This document shows, one piece after another, positions 61,857 through 64,000 of a stretch of 64,000 bases of DNA; positions within the stretch are counted from its first letter, which is position 1; each line of letters begins with the position of its first letter. Source of the DNA: Takakia lepidozioides (taxonomy: Eukaryota; Plantae; Bryophyta); the NCBI GenBank assembly GCA_030704615.1, contig CM060731.1, forward strand, positions 82,398,001-82,462,000, written 5' to 3'. The notes beneath the pieces are model-generated. The model ran no database searches. It was given only the letters and a program-made list of their open reading frames with translations, and was not told where the DNA came from. The position numbers were made by a program, and so were the translations under genes.

Positions 61857-64000
61857 CTTGAAAAGGATGTCCATTCTACTCATGTTCCCCAACAGCATAG
61901 TATGACCATATAGGCAACTACTTCAATCACTAGGTGCTGGTATAGGTCCAGGACAACACGGAGACTGCATTGCTGTGACATACATGCTCTAGAGACCCGA
62001 GCATGATTCTTGGGCCCGAAGTTTGCAAGGTGGAGACCCAGTCCATCTTCAACCATTGTATCTGAAACTTGCACACTGTTTTTTTTCTTTTTCTTTTTGT
62101 GAAGGAAGTCTGAGCGACGGCTACAGGGCCTTGGGGGAGGGTGTGGTGCTGCAATACATCAAATATCCCACCGGACTGCTGCCTGCCTCAACACCTTCAA
62201 CATCCACATAGCCAAGCACTTCTTTGCAAAGTCTGCGGAGCTCGTATGGGTCTTAAACCGAACATCTCACTAAACGAGCTGACGACAGCCATGCAGCCTG
62301 TATGAATTTTCGTACATCTCGTTAAGGACAAATCAACTTCTTCATATGTCAACGGTTGCAATTCCTTCTATATTCCTCGATCGCTATCACCGTGAAGTGG
62401 ACCCGCAGTTCTGATGATCAATACTGGGAAGAGAACTATGAAAAGTCTGGGATCTCTTCTCAATCAAAGTCTGCCTCGGCATCTTGACTGTGAGGATTTC
62501 TGTCTTCTGGGTCATCTCTTTCTCCCGTACGTTGAGCACCCTTCTCCTGCACATGCCTGGGATATCAGAATCCTGTTGTTTTTGTCTGGTGGCAGTTTTC
62601 CAAATTGCCTACTGGTCCTCTTGTTTTTTCCTCCCTTGCCAAGCTTAGAGGCTTTGGAGTATGTCTTCTTTGAACCACTCGATGCATCCGTCCTCTCAAG
62701 ATTACTGCCGCTTCTGCACGCCAAAAACTATTGCAGCGCTTATTTTATTTTCTCCTTGAGATTGGCTGTGTTTTTAGGATGAAATTTGTGCGGCACAACA
62801 ACCTAGCTATGCTCATCTCATCTCAAAGCCTCTGATTGCCTACTGCATTCTTGTTGCGGCTTCACATTTGACCTGTGAATATCAGTACCCAACCATCTGA
62901 TGCTCTTTGTTCCTACAATTGTTTAGCAGTGAGGAATGTGGCAGATCTGGAGACATATGTTCTGGCATCCCCTGTTCATTTTCCTTGGTAGGCAGATTGT
63001 CCAAGGGTTCATTTTCTTGGGCTATAACAGGAAGAATCTGCCTCCTGGGTTCATATATTGCTGGAAAAAGGGGAGGGTGAACGCAATATTATTTATGTGT
63101 CTGTCCACATCTGTTGTTTGATAGAACAAGCGAGAACTTTCAAAGGGTTACCGCAGGGAAAGATAAAGATAGAGATCCTTTAACTTTCACCAAAACTGCG
63201 TAGGCTTACCACAAGCTGGATTAGGATCCTGGTTGTGCAGTTGTTTTTGCATCAGTTTGGAGTGCACCGGGTGGGTTTTACCAAAGATTATCGTGTGGTG
63301 GGGATGGCAGCATGCTCCATCGTTCTCCTGAGTGCTCATGTGGGCTCCATATTCAAGGCCATGCCTTCTCGTTTTGGTCATGCAAGAGGCCGCATATCAT
63401 GCAGCAGATTAAGGGGCTGGGCTGTGGAGCTCAAAGCAGCACCCCCCTTGGCAATGTGCCAAGGACAGAGTCTCTTACAACTGGTGGCTATGGCGCCTTC
63501 TGATGCCAATGAAAGCAGGTCATAACGGAACACCTTTGCAGTTTCTTTGTTGGGGTCGCTGTAATGTATTCACTTTATAATCCAGTTCCGAATTGTCCTT
63601 TTGACCTATCCAGCAGAAACTAATCTAACTTGGTTGAAGAAGTAAGACAATGGCTATAATCGATACGTTTGCCCTCTTGAAACTTTTGGTATATCTGGTA
63701 CATATGTCAACAGAGCAGTGCTGGCAGGAGTTCTTTAAAGAGACTTCACAATGGTGCGACTACAGTGTTGACATGGTGTGCATCTTCATGTAGGATGTGA
63801 AAGACTCTGACATGGAGGGAGTTGGACTGACTGGTATGATAATGTTTTGTGGACAGAATTGTCCCCATAGTTGTTGAGTTGATTATAATTTCAGTCGTTC
63901 TGCAAAAGGTGCTCTTACTGTCAGTATCGTCTCTATCATAGCTTGTTCTTCCTAAGTGGCAGGATGCCCAAGCGTTTTTGCTTGGAGTTTGCAAGGTACT

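Noticed and set aside
62200-63540. Degenerate coding-like sequence
   Set aside because: Multiple stops and no recognisable family.

Overview
This is eukaryotic, land-plant-like DNA (PLS-class PPR fragments, TTTAGGG repeats, GT-AG introns); a non-seed plant is plausible but cannot be shown from the window. It is a nested transposon cluster with no intact host gene that I can support. From left to right it holds: PPR and F-box-like remnants; a 2.2-kb Pack-MULE with a 9-bp TSD (9525-11715); a truncated Ty3/gypsy copy (12484-16339); a duplicated ORF-less unit rich in palindromes (17.4-25.3 kb); a CACTA element (~26612-41683) carrying a SET-domain gene and a TnpD transposase, with a young full-length chromovirus in one intron (30439-37411, TSD ATAAG); a second CACTA remnant (41684-57624); and a rearranged LINE. 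The most interesting structure is a large Mutator-like element nested in the second CACTA (~44000-56441). It pairs a GCM-like/DDE/SWIM transposase head-to-head with a multi-exon gene encoding a ParB/Srx-like domain fused to a beta-class (N6A/N4C) DNA-methyltransferase-like fold. About 36 copies of the palindrome TTTCGGCGCCGAAA occur only in its non-coding parts (intergenic region, introns, 3' flanks), mostly ~61-67 bp apart. The related Pack-MULE carries a different palindrome array. I infer a candidate transposon-encoded ParB/parS-like self-recognition or anti-silencing system. Both genes in this copy are pseudogenised, and all domain calls come from motif recognition by eye, not database searches.
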